This document shows positions 47,631-58,387 of a stretch of 64,000 nucleotides of DNA, piece after piece. The DNA lies in NCBI GenBank assembly GCA_963695225.1, contig OY968762.1, forward strand, positions 1,504,001 to 1,568,000, in the 5' to 3' direction. The notes beneath the pieces were generated by a model. The model was not told where the DNA came from. It did no database searches and was given only the letters and a program-made list of their open reading frames with translations. The DNA is from Vulcanimicrobiota bacterium. Lineage in GTDB: Bacteria; Vulcanimicrobiota; Vulcanimicrobiia; Vulcanimicrobiales; Vulcanimicrobiaceae. A program made the position numbers and the translations under genes. Each line of letters opens with the position of its first letter. Within the stretch, counting starts at the first letter, position 1.

Positions 47631-48736
47631 GCGCGCCGCTCGCGGCGCTCGGCGCGCTCTTGCTCAAAGAACTGCGCCAGCTCTTGCGCAACCGGCAAGT
47701 GATCGCCCTCCTGCTGATCCCGCCGTTTTTCCAACTCGTGATCTTTGGAATCATCCTCGATCCGGACGTGCGCGCGATCCCGCTCGGCGTCGTCGACGAG
47801 CGCCCCTCGGCGACGAGCCGCGAGATCGTCTCGGCGCTCACGCGCAACGGCACGTTCGTCGCCGGCCTGCAAGCGCCATCGGAGGCCGCGCTCGCCGACG
47901 CCGTCCGGCGCGGACAGGTCGCCGCCGGGCTGGTCATTCCGCCGGACCTCGAACGCCGAATCGCGCGCGGCGAGCAGCCGGAAGTCGGGCTCTACCTGGA
48001 CGGCGTCAACAGCTACACGTCGGGGATTGCGGGTGGGTACGCAACGCAGATCCTCGCGACCGTCCCCACCGCGCATTCGCCGCCGCTCGCGGGCTCCGCC
48101 GCGCCGGGCGTGACGTATCTCTACAATCCCGGGCTCGTCAGTAGCTGGTTCTTCATCCCGGGTATCATCGGCGCGCTGCTCCTGCTCGTCAGCGTGATCG
48201 CGACCGCGGTCGAAGCGATTCGCGAAAAAGAAAGCGGGACGCTCGAGCAGCTCTTGATGACGCCCGCGAGTTCCTCCGCGATCGTCGTCGCGAAGATCGT
48301 CCCGATGTTCTGTCTGCTGCTCGTGACGTACGCGATCGCCGTGTGCGTCGCGTACTTCGGGTTTGGGCTGCCGTTCCGCGGAAGCTTTCTCGCGTTCACG
48401 CTGATCTCGGCGCTGATGATCCTCGGCGGCATGGGACTGGGAATGTTGCTCGCGACGGTCGCGCGCAACCGGCGGCAAGCGATCCTCTCCGCGATGTTCC
48501 TCGCGCTCCCGCTCGTGCAGCTATCGGGCGCGATCGCACCGATCGAGAGCATGCCCCCGGCCGTCGCGACCGCCACGCTGCTGAATCCGTTGCGCCACTA
48601 TGCGACGATCGTGCGCGCGATCTGGCTCAAGGGCTCGGGGATCGAGATCTACTGGCCGAACGCGCTCTTCCTCGTCGTCTTCACGCTCGTCGCGCTCGGG
48701 GTCAGCATCGCGCTCTACCGCCGCCAGCTCGTCTGA
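47627..48736 (+). CDS. ABC-2 permease (YbhR-like)
   Basis: KELRQLLRN, YNPGL, REKESGTLEQLLMTP, PIESMP, NPLRHY. Confidence 0.9.
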   Translation: MSAPLAALGALLLKELRQLLRNRQVIALLLIPPFFQLVIFGIILDPDVRAIPLGVVDERPSATSREIVSALTRNGTFVAGLQAPSEAALADAVRRGQVAAGLVIPPDLERRIARGEQPEVGLYLDGVNSYTSGIAGGYATQILATVPTAHSPPLAGSAAPGVTYLYNPGLVSSWFFIPGIIGALLLLVSVIATAVEAIREKESGTLEQLLMTPASSSAIVVAKIVPMFCLLLVTYAIAVCVAYFGFGLPFRGSFLAFTLISALMILGGMGLGMLLATVARNRRQAILSAMFLALPLVQLSGAIAPIESMPPAVATATLLNPLRHYATIVRAIWLKGSGIEIYWPNALFLVVFTLVALGVSIALYRRQLV

Positions 48737-48752
48737 GTAGACGGCCGCGCCG

Positions 48753-49088
48753 CTACGGTGCGCCGAAATGCCGCGCGCGGCTCACGGCGACGTCGCTGAC
48801 GAACGCGACGCCCGATTTCCGCTCGAAGAGCGGGAGCAGCGCATCGAGCACGCCGTCGAGCACCGTCTCGGGAACGACAGCGACGAACATGACCTGCGTG
48901 CCGACGTCGTCGAAGAGCAAGCGCCCCTCGTGGCGCCCGTGGTGCCCCATCCCGGAGACGTTCTGCAGCATCGTGTAGCCGCAGACGCCGCTGCCGGAGA
49001 GCGCGTCTTTGACCGCTTGAAGTTGCTCGCCGTCGACGACGATCTCGATCTTTTTCATCGGCGTCAGCGCGTGGCTGCCCATTTTCAC
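48753..49088 (-). CDS. PII-like signalling protein (non-canonical, SbtB/DAB-associated type)
   Basis: MKKIEIVV, GYT...VSGMGHHG, SGVAFVSDVAV; lacks the GlnB T-loop YRGAEY. Confidence 0.75.
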   Translation of the reverse strand: MKMGSHALTPMKKIEIVVDGEQLQAVKDALSGSGVCGYTMLQNVSGMGHHGRHEGRLLFDDVGTQVMFVAVVPETVLDGVLDALLPLFERKSGVAFVSDVAVSRARHFGAP

Positions 49089-49160
49089 CCCTCCTCGTCA
49101 CCCAAGACGCTACTTGTTGCAGAGTCGCCGAAACACCCGGTTCCCGCGCCGGTTCGAAAG

Positions 49161-49742
49161 CTAGCTCGGGCCGTGCTTGGCGCTGCGGCTCTCCATGCGC
49201 TCGAGCAGCTCGCGCACCCCCGCCGCATGATCGAGCAAGCGCGCGTGATCGGGCCGGATGAAGCCGGATGCGACGGCGCGTTCGACCTGTGCGAGCGTTC
49301 CGGCAAAGTAACCGCCGACGTCCAAGAGCGCGACGGGCTTGTGATGGACGCCGAGTTGCGTCAGCGTGATCATCTCGAAGAGCTCGTCGAGCGTCCCGAA
49401 GCCGCCCGGCAACGCGATGAAGCCGTCGGAGAGCTTCGCCATGACGACTTTCCGCTCGTGCATGCTCCCGACTTCGCGCAATTCCGAGAGCCCTTCGTGC
49501 GCGACCTCGGCCGCGAAAAGCCCGCGCGGCAAGACGCCGACGACCTCACCGCCGGCCGCGAGCATCGCGTCGGCAAGAACCCCCATCAGACCGACGCTCC
49601 CTCCGCCGTAGACGAGCGTGCGGCCCGTGCGCGCCAGCTCCTCGGCGAGCGCGCGGGTCGTCTCCACGATGACGGGGTCGTTGCCGCTCTTCGATCCGCA
49701 GAAGACGCACATGCGGCGAATCGAGATCTTCGAGTTCTCCAT
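49161..49742 (-). CDS. LOG-family nucleotide phosphoribohydrolase
   Basis: CVFCGS, LVYGGG..GLMG, MHERK, PGGFGTLDE. Confidence 0.92.
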   Translation of the reverse strand: MENSKISIRRMCVFCGSKSGNDPVIVETTRALAEELARTGRTLVYGGGSVGLMGVLADAMLAAGGEVVGVLPRGLFAAEVAHEGLSELREVGSMHERKVVMAKLSDGFIALPGGFGTLDELFEMITLTQLGVHHKPVALLDVGGYFAGTLAQVERAVASGFIRPDHARLLDHAAGVRELLERMESRSAKHGPS

Positions 49743-49819
49743 CGAGGATGCATATCGGCGACCGGGGGCCCGATTACCCGCCGGAGGGGGCCCGCTTGCG
49801 GGGAAGGAAATCGCGGCCC

Positions 49820-50536
49820 ATGAGCGCGCGAACGTCACTCGAGGGGAAGCTCGCGTTGATCACCGGCGCGAATCGCGGCATCGGACATGCGATCGCGGAG
49901 CGCTTCCTCGCCGAGGGCGCGCGCTGCATCCTCACGGTTCGCGACCTGGCGACCGCGACGAGCGCGCTCTCGCAGTTCCCCGAGCGCACGACGGAGGTCG
50001 AGGTCTGCGACATCGCCGACCCGGCTTCGATCGCGTCGCTCGGCAAGCGCGTCCGCGGGCGGCACGCGACGCTGGACATCCTCGTCAACAACGCGGCGAT
50101 CTTCCTGAGCGCGGATCGCGCGACGACCGCCGACCAGCTCGATGCCGCCGTCCTGCGAACGACGCTCGATGTGAACCTCTTCGGCACGATCGAGATGTGC
50201 AAGACGTTCGCGCCGATGATGCCGAGCGGCGGCCGCATCATCAACCTCTCATCGACGATGGGGCAACTCGACGGCGGCCTCGAGCCGTACGCCGTCGCCT
50301 ACGGCATCAGCAAGACCGCGCTCAACGCCTACACGAGCGCGCTCGCGGCCGCGCTCCACAAGCGCGGCATCCTCGTCGACGCCTACCACCCGGGCTGGGT
50401 CAAGACGGAGATGGGCGGTCCCGGTGCGCAGCGCAACGCCGAGGACGCCACCCAGACGGCGCTCTTCCTCGCAACGAGACCGGCCGGTGCGCGCACCGGC
50501 CGGTTCTGGCTCGACTCGAAACCGATTCCCTGGTGA
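49820..50536 (+). CDS. SDR oxidoreductase (carbonyl-reductase-like)
   Basis: TGANRGIG, LVNNA, YGISK, HPGWVKTEMGG. Confidence 0.9.
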   Translation: MSARTSLEGKLALITGANRGIGHAIAERFLAEGARCILTVRDLATATSALSQFPERTTEVEVCDIADPASIASLGKRVRGRHATLDILVNNAAIFLSADRATTADQLDAAVLRTTLDVNLFGTIEMCKTFAPMMPSGGRIINLSSTMGQLDGGLEPYAVAYGISKTALNAYTSALAAALHKRGILVDAYHPGWVKTEMGGPGAQRNAEDATQTALFLATRPAGARTGRFWLDSKPIPW

Positions 50537-50545
50537 TCGCCGGGA

Positions 50546-50767
50546 CTAGGCCCGGTGCAGCCGCAAGCGCAGATGGGCGCGCGGCCGCGAACACGGGATC
50601 GCGACCGCCGGGCCGGGGGTCGCCTCATTCCAAGCGAGCAAGGTTTCGCGGGCCGGGGGGCAGGGGCACTTGAAGAGGCTGACGTCGGAATCACGACTGT
50701 CGACGCCCCATAGATTTGCCGCCACACCAAGGATTCCAAGGGACCCGATCAACAGCGCAACTTCCAT
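50546..50767 (-). CDS. Small membrane-anchored protein with WGVDSRD motif
   Basis: GAGGAG RBS; one hydrophobic helix then WGVDSRD; divergent from LysR. Confidence 0.6.
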   Translation of the reverse strand: MEVALLIGSLGILGVAANLWGVDSRDSDVSLFKCPCPPARETLLAWNEATPGPAVAIPCSRPRAHLRLRLHRA

Positions 50768-50804
50768 ATTCGTTCTCTCCTCGCGCCCAGCGTATCATGC
50801 TGCA

Positions 50805-50853
50805 ACTATCGCCATGAACGATAGTGTCGATAACTATGATCAGTAAAATCGAT
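50805..50853. promoter_or_regulatory. LysR-type binding sites (T-N11-A)
   Basis: Perfect inverted repeat ACTATCG-N7-CGATAGT (50805-50825) and second ATC-N9-GAT (50839-50853). Confidence 0.7.
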
Positions 50854-50863
50854 GGAGCTAACG

Positions 50864-51814
50864 ATGGACTTACGCCACTTGGAGACCTTCCGTACCGTTG
50901 CGACCGAGCAGAGCTTCACTCGCGCCGCCGAGGTGCTGAGCTACGCGCAATCCAGCGTGACGGCCCAGATCCAGACGCTGGAGACGGAACTCGGCGTCCC
51001 TTTGTTCGAACGGCTCGGTAAACGCATCTCGCTGACGACGGCGGGGGAGCAGCTCCTCCCCTACGCGGGGCGGATCCGCGACCTGGTCGAGGAGGCGCGC
51101 GCCAGCATCCGGCTCGACGCCCCCCCGGCGGGAACGCTCGTGATCGGGTCCGCGGAGACGCTCTGCACGTACCGGCTCCCGGGCATCCTACGGGCGTTCC
51201 GTAAGAATTATCCCGAGGTTCAGCTGACGATTCACGCAGGCGAACCCGAGGATTCCCGCCGGGATCTCGCGAGCGGCCAGATCGACGTGGCGATCCAGTT
51301 CGGCGACGACGGCGATGACGACTCGGGCCTGCACGCGATCGACCTCGTCGCGGAACCGCTCTCGGTCGTCGCGGCACCCGACCACCCGCTAGCGGGGAAA
51401 CTGCGCGTCAGCGCGCGCGAGCTCGCACGCTCGACGGCGATCCTGACCGAGAACCAGTGCGGCTACCGCCGGCTCTACGAAGCGCATCTCCGGCGCGCCG
51501 GGTTCGATCCGGTCTCGACGCTCCATTTCAACAGCGTCGAGGCGATCAAGCAGTGCGTGATGGCCGGGCTCGGAATCTCGATTCTGCCGACGGTCGCCGT
51601 CGAACGGGAACTCAGCCGCGGCAGCTTGACGCGCCTCAACGTGACGCTCCATGCGGAGATCCGCACGAAGCTGACCTACCGCCGCGAAAAATGGCTCTCG
51701 CCGACGCTCCGCGCCTTCATCGACCAGGCGCGGCAGACCCTTGGAACCGACGCCCGCGAGAAAACCGCAGCCGTTCCTGCGGCGCTTCCGGAGCCCGTCT
51801 CCTCGGCCGTCTAA
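50864..51814 (+). CDS. LysR-family transcriptional regulator
   Basis: MDLRHLETF...SFTRAAEVLSYAQSSVTAQIQTLETELGVPLFER; EAIKQCVMAGLGISILP. Confidence 0.95.
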   Translation: MDLRHLETFRTVATEQSFTRAAEVLSYAQSSVTAQIQTLETELGVPLFERLGKRISLTTAGEQLLPYAGRIRDLVEEARASIRLDAPPAGTLVIGSAETLCTYRLPGILRAFRKNYPEVQLTIHAGEPEDSRRDLASGQIDVAIQFGDDGDDDSGLHAIDLVAEPLSVVAAPDHPLAGKLRVSARELARSTAILTENQCGYRRLYEAHLRRAGFDPVSTLHFNSVEAIKQCVMAGLGISILPTVAVERELSRGSLTRLNVTLHAEIRTKLTYRREKWLSPTLRAFIDQARQTLGTDAREKTAAVPAALPEPVSSAV

Positions 51815-53070
51815 CCAGGCAGAGAAGCCGAGCGCAGGAACGGCGCCGGCGCACCTTCGCCTTCGGCCGGACCGGCAGCGGGCGGCTCGGCGCCGAACAG
51901 GCGCAGGACGGCCTTTGAAGTGGCTTCCGTGCGGAACAGTTCTTCGACGCGGGCACGCCCCGCGCGTCCCAGCGTGCGGCGGAGTTCGCGGTCGAGGATG
52001 AGCGCATCGAGGGCCTGGGCGAAGCGGTCGGAATCGCGCTGCGGGAACAGCAGCCCGTTCGCGGGCGTGACGATCTCCGGGATGCTTCCCGTATCCGACG
52101 CGACGATCGGGAGGCCGGCGGCCGCAGCTTCGGTCAGCGCGACCGGAATGCCCTCGAACTCCACCTCGGTTTCTGTGCTCGACATGACCGAGATGTCCCA
52201 GTCCGCCCGGTTCAAGCGTTCGAGCACCACGTCGTGCGGGATCTGCCCCAAGAAGTTCACCCGCTCCGCGATGCCGAGGTCCCGCGCCAGCTGCGCCAGA
52301 TCGTCGCGGAGCGGCCCGTCGCCGACGAGATCGCATCGGAAATCGCGGCCGAGCGCGGCGAGTTTCCCGAGCGCTTCGAGCAAGTAGCGGTGCCCCTTGA
52401 CCGGCGCGAGCCGGGCCGCGCAGACGATCCGCGGGACGCGTTCCGGCGGCTCGACGATCCGCTCGGGGACCTCGACGCCCAGATAGACGACGGCGCAGCG
52501 CGCCCGCGCCCCGGACGGGACGAGGTCGCGCAGATGCGCGCAGTTACGTTCGGAGATCACGCGCGTGAACGTCGCGTCGGCGACCTTCTGCGCGGTCAGG
52601 TTGTCCGCGAAGATGTCGTGCGAGTGCGCAGTCATGCTCCACGGGATCCCCGAGAGCATCGATGCGATATAGGCGGCGGTCGAGGGTGCGGTCAGCCAGT
52701 GGGCGTGGATATGGTCGGCCCCGATCTCGCGCACGCAGCGCGCGAGCGCGAGCCCCTTCGGGAAGACCGTCAGGTTCACGAATTTCGAGCGCAGCGAATA
52801 GCGCGGACCGAAGACCCGGATGAAGGCGCGCGCGACGGCGAACCGGTCCCGCGCAAATTCGCCCGCGGCGGCGAGCCAGACCTCGCGGCTGGCGAGGCCC
52901 ATGAATCGAGACTGCGTCCCGGGCAGGTCGAAATCCAGCGTCGCCTTCGGCGGCCGAGTCGGTATGAGGACCAGATCCAGCCGGCGCGAAAGCGAGCGCA
53001 CCTCGGGTTCGAGGAACTGCTCCCCAAGCGCCTCAAACGGGAACCACCGGGTGACGTAGGCTACTCGCAT
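51811..53070 (-). CDS. GT4 glycosyltransferase (WcaL-like)
   Basis: HIHAHW, TAHSHDIF, ARLAPVKG, EGIPVALTEA, GSIPEIV. Confidence 0.9.
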   Translation of the reverse strand: MRVAYVTRWFPFEALGEQFLEPEVRSLSRRLDLVLIPTRPPKATLDFDLPGTQSRFMGLASREVWLAAAGEFARDRFAVARAFIRVFGPRYSLRSKFVNLTVFPKGLALARCVREIGADHIHAHWLTAPSTAAYIASMLSGIPWSMTAHSHDIFADNLTAQKVADATFTRVISERNCAHLRDLVPSGARARCAVVYLGVEVPERIVEPPERVPRIVCAARLAPVKGHRYLLEALGKLAALGRDFRCDLVGDGPLRDDLAQLARDLGIAERVNFLGQIPHDVVLERLNRADWDISVMSSTETEVEFEGIPVALTEAAAAGLPIVASDTGSIPEIVTPANGLLFPQRDSDRFAQALDALILDRELRRTLGRAGRARVEELFRTEATSKAVLRLFGAEPPAAGPAEGEGAPAPFLRSASLPG

Positions 53071-53164
53071 CCTTGCCTTCGATTCTCCCAACACGGCGGT
53101 CCGGCGCCTAGGCGCGGCCGGGCCCCGCCTGCGGGACCATCGACCCATCCGCCCGCGCGCCAAG

Positions 53165-54996
<1,832 letters not shown>

Positions 54997-55053
54997 ACAC
55001 TCGCACTTAGACGGCGCCGGGCGGAACCCCGCTGAACGCGGGGCCCGCGATCT

Positions 55054-56448
55054 CTAGTAGCTGCCGGCGGGGATCTGGACCAACTCGAAATCCGAGGAAC
55101 TCAAGCCCTCCAAGCACGAGCTCCAATACGTCCCCGACGCTTCGCCTGCGGCTTGCAGATCCGGCAGGATCGTCGAGGACCACGGGCTCGATTGCCCTAG
55201 AGCAGTGTACGAGAGCGTGCTCTGCGTGATCAGCGAGAGGCCCGTGCTGCCGGTGTCGTACGTGTACGCGCCGTACGTTGCGAGCGCCGTCAGGACCGTC
55301 TTGCATTCGGCTGAATGATTCGACGCGGCGATCTGGCTCGCGCTCCACACCAGATGCACCATGTCGCCATACGACGGCGCCCCCGACCAACCGCAACTGG
55401 TATCGGTTCCGCCGGCGGCGAGATCGGCCGGATAAACCGTCGGACTGTTCAAACAACGCGTCGCCATCGCAAGCGCGTGGTCGATGTGCCCGTTGAGCAA
55501 TTCCTGCGCCGTGATGTTCATGATGCCCGCGGCGTACCCGCCGTGCACGGCATCGGATCCCGTGTCCGTAATGCCGTTGCCGCCGAGCGGATACATCCCG
55601 CCCCACGTGCAAGCCACCGAGCCGGAACCGATCGAGCACTGGTATCCGTCGAATTCGAAATTCTGCGTCGCATCGATGATCGCGATATGGCCGTCGCTGT
55701 TCGCTTCCGGTCGTGCCCCGCTCGGGACATGAATCTGCAATCCGTCCGCGTTGCAGCGACCGTACCCCGTGCACGAAATCGTCTTGACCGGGTCGCTCGC
55801 CGACGAGAGGTACAACGGGAACATGAACGTCGCCGGGCTGAGATCTTGCGATCCGATCCCTTGGCTCCATAAGCTATCCATCGCGGAATGCGCGAGGACG
55901 ACGGCTCCGGCTGCTTTCTCTTGCGCGACCGTCGTGCGGAACGGACTGCCGCTGCTGAACCACTGCGAGTAGACGCCCGGGATGGCTCCGCCGGACGACG
56001 CACCCGTGCTGGTGAACACGAGTTGGACCTGGTTCACTTGCCCGGCGCTGATCGCCGCCGTCGTCGAGGCCGTCGCGAGCGTGTTCCCAGTGCCGTCCTG
56101 ACCATCGTAGAGCGTACCGTCGAACCGCACGTTCCCCGCGGGGACCTGGAGGTTCAGCGAACACGTCGTCGTGCAGTTCGAAACGGCTTGGCTCGTGCCG
56201 GCGCCGCTCGTCGCGACCAACTTGACCGATTGCACCGATCCGGACGACGCGGCGCTGACCGAACTCGTCTTCGTCAAACCGATCACGACGGTGACGCTGA
56301 CGGCCGTCGGCGACGAACCCGTGGCCGGCAACGCCGCCGTACTCGAATTCCCCCCTCCGCCTCCGCCGCAGGCCGCAAGCAGCGCCGTCGAGACAGCGCT
56401 AAGGAACAGCGTCATGACGCCCTTTGAGATACGGCTGGTCGCGTTCAC
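55054..56448 (-). CDS. Secreted lipoprotein, paralog A (beta-rich N-domain + uncharacterised C-domain)
   Basis: Lipobox LAAC-GGGGGG; SDGHIAII, HIDHAL, VYPA, ALATYGAY.YD. Confidence 0.8.
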   Translation of the reverse strand: MNATSRISKGVMTLFLSAVSTALLAACGGGGGGNSSTAALPATGSSPTAVSVTVVIGLTKTSSVSAASSGSVQSVKLVATSGAGTSQAVSNCTTTCSLNLQVPAGNVRFDGTLYDGQDGTGNTLATASTTAAISAGQVNQVQLVFTSTGASSGGAIPGVYSQWFSSGSPFRTTVAQEKAAGAVVLAHSAMDSLWSQGIGSQDLSPATFMFPLYLSSASDPVKTISCTGYGRCNADGLQIHVPSGARPEANSDGHIAIIDATQNFEFDGYQCSIGSGSVACTWGGMYPLGGNGITDTGSDAVHGGYAAGIMNITAQELLNGHIDHALAMATRCLNSPTVYPADLAAGGTDTSCGWSGAPSYGDMVHLVWSASQIAASNHSAECKTVLTALATYGAYTYDTGSTGLSLITQSTLSYTALGQSSPWSSTILPDLQAAGEASGTYWSSCLEGLSSSDFELVQIPAGSY

Positions 56449-56589
56449 CTTGGGGCCCCCGGAAGCGGCAACGGGAAAAGGGTGAACCGAGTGGGGTTCA
56501 CCTGACGATTGCTTCCTTACCCAAAGCCGACGCGTTTTATAACCTGTTACGCCAGCTATTTTCAGAAGGCGACGTTAGTTACCGATTTC

Positions 56590-56683
56590 TGTGGATAACT
56601 TACGTCAGCGCGCGCAGATTATTGAGTATTTCTTCTAATATCAACACGTGTTGCGTTGTGAATACTGTGAATATCGTGGATAA
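56590..56683. promoter_or_regulatory. Cluster of DnaA-box-like 9-mers in an AT-rich spacer
   Basis: TGTGGATAA (56590-98, perfect reverse complement of TTATCCACA); tandem TGTGAATAC, TGTGAATAT, CGTGGATAA (56657-83). Confidence 0.55.
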
Positions 56684-56693
56684 TCGTTCGCAT

Positions 56694-58142
56694 TTAGCAA
56701 CTTGACTGCGTGACGCACGGATCGAGGAAGACGAAGCTGTTGGCGACGGCAGGCGGCCAACCGTCCGTCAACCATTCCGTGCCCCCGCCAAGCAGCGTGG
56801 ATTTCACGGTGTTCCACGCGGCCGCTTCCGAGGACGGCGCCGACGCCGCGCTGCGGTAGACGGTCCAGGATTCCGCGCCTTCGCTATCCATCAAGAATGC
56901 GCCGTAGTGAGCGAGGGCCTTCGCGACGATCGTCTTCGTGACGGGCATTCCGAGCGCGTCGATTTGCGCGTCGGTCATGTTCAACCACAAGCGTCCGCCC
57001 ATCGGCGCGCCGTTCCCCGTGGCGCACGGCCCGTCCGGAGCCGAGGTCGAGGGGTAGACGGTCCCGCTTTCGCACGGCCCGTCGAGCAAGAGCGCATGGT
57101 TGATGCTCCCCTGCAGCAGGTCCTCCGCCGTGATGAGCCCGGCGGCGAACGAGGCTTGCCCCGCGTTTGCCGCACCGTGATAGACGACGGACCAGCCGCG
57201 CCCGCTCGCGTTCGCGCCGGTCGTCGTGTCGTACCACGTTCCGCTCGAAATGTTGCCGTTCACGCCGGCGTTCGCCGCTTGATACAGTTCGTACACCGTC
57301 ACGTGGTCGGGCGCGATGAGGATCATGTGCGAGTCGCCGCTTCCGTTCAGTTGCGTGACCGCGCCGGCCGGAACGTGCAGCGCTTGTCCTTCGAGCCCCG
57401 GGCAGCCCCACGAAGCCGTGCAATGAATCGCGTGCACGGGATCCGCCGCCGTCGTAACGTACACGGGAATTCCGCCGTCATTCGCGTTGCCGATTTGCAG
57501 CGGCGTGTACGTCGTCCACGTTCCGATGCCGCCGTGATTCGCGTTGTATTCGTTCACCGCCCGCGCGGACCACGTCGCGATGTGGCTCGCGGGATTGAGC
57601 GCGTCGAGCCGCTGCGTGAAGACGTTCGCGCTCGTCCATTGCGGCCAGCCTGCGACCGGATAAGAAGCGCCGGCGGGAGCCGGCGTCGGGCTCGTGCTCG
57701 CGCTCGTGCTCGTGAAGACGAGCTGAACCTGATTCATTTGCCCGATCGCGATCTGAGCCGTCGTCGTGGCCGTCGCGAGCGCGTTGCCTGCGCCATTCTG
57801 GCCGTCGTAGAGCGTGCCGTCGAATCGAACGGTTCCCGGATTCACTTGCAAGCTCACAGAGCACGTCGTCGCGCAATTCGACATAGCTTGCGCAACGAGC
57901 GTCCCGCTCGTTGCGATCAACTTGACTGATTCGATCGAAGAACTCGCCGCGGTCCGGCGCACCGCGGAGCTCGCGTTCGAGCCGATCACGACCGTCACGC
58001 TGACGGGGGTCGCCGAAGTACCGCCGGGCAACGACGGGCCGGCAGCGCCTCCGCCGCCTCCGCCGCAGCCCGTCAAGATCGATGCAAATGCAAGACAGAG
58101 GAAGGCCGTCGCGCCCTTCGACTCCGTTCTGATCGCCTTCAC
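56694..58142 (-). CDS. Secreted lipoprotein, paralog B
   Basis: GAGGTG RBS + GTG; lipobox LTGC-GGGGG; N-domain closely similar to paralog A; GDSHMILI, SINHAL, VYPS, ALAHYGAFLMD. Confidence 0.8.
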   Translation of the reverse strand: MKAIRTESKGATAFLCLAFASILTGCGGGGGGAAGPSLPGGTSATPVSVTVVIGSNASSAVRRTAASSSIESVKLIATSGTLVAQAMSNCATTCSVSLQVNPGTVRFDGTLYDGQNGAGNALATATTTAQIAIGQMNQVQLVFTSTSASTSPTPAPAGASYPVAGWPQWTSANVFTQRLDALNPASHIATWSARAVNEYNANHGGIGTWTTYTPLQIGNANDGGIPVYVTTAADPVHAIHCTASWGCPGLEGQALHVPAGAVTQLNGSGDSHMILIAPDHVTVYELYQAANAGVNGNISSGTWYDTTTGANASGRGWSVVYHGAANAGQASFAAGLITAEDLLQGSINHALLLDGPCESGTVYPSTSAPDGPCATGNGAPMGGRLWLNMTDAQIDALGMPVTKTIVAKALAHYGAFLMDSEGAESWTVYRSAASAPSSEAAAWNTVKSTLLGGGTEWLTDGWPPAVANSFVFLDPCVTQSSC

Positions 58143-58387
58143 TTCATCACCTCGGGCCGCCGCACGCTTTGCATCCCGGTGAATCGGCAGCAGGCCGGCG
58201 ACGCGAGAGAGCAGGCCGGAAATCGTGACGCGCTTAACAACTTTGCGCGCGCGTTTGGAAACGGCGAGCGAGGAAAGCGCAAGCGCGCGCGGCACGCGGC
58301 GGAGTCTCCTCGAATGAGCCGATCGTCCCAAACCGCGGTGGCGGTAGGCACTCGCAAGAACGACTCGAGGATGGCACGATAGGACGC

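Noticed and set aside
38859..50000. Possible genomic island integrated at tRNA-Ala
   Set aside because: No integrase, no second copy of the tRNA 3' end seen, and no obvious compositional shift
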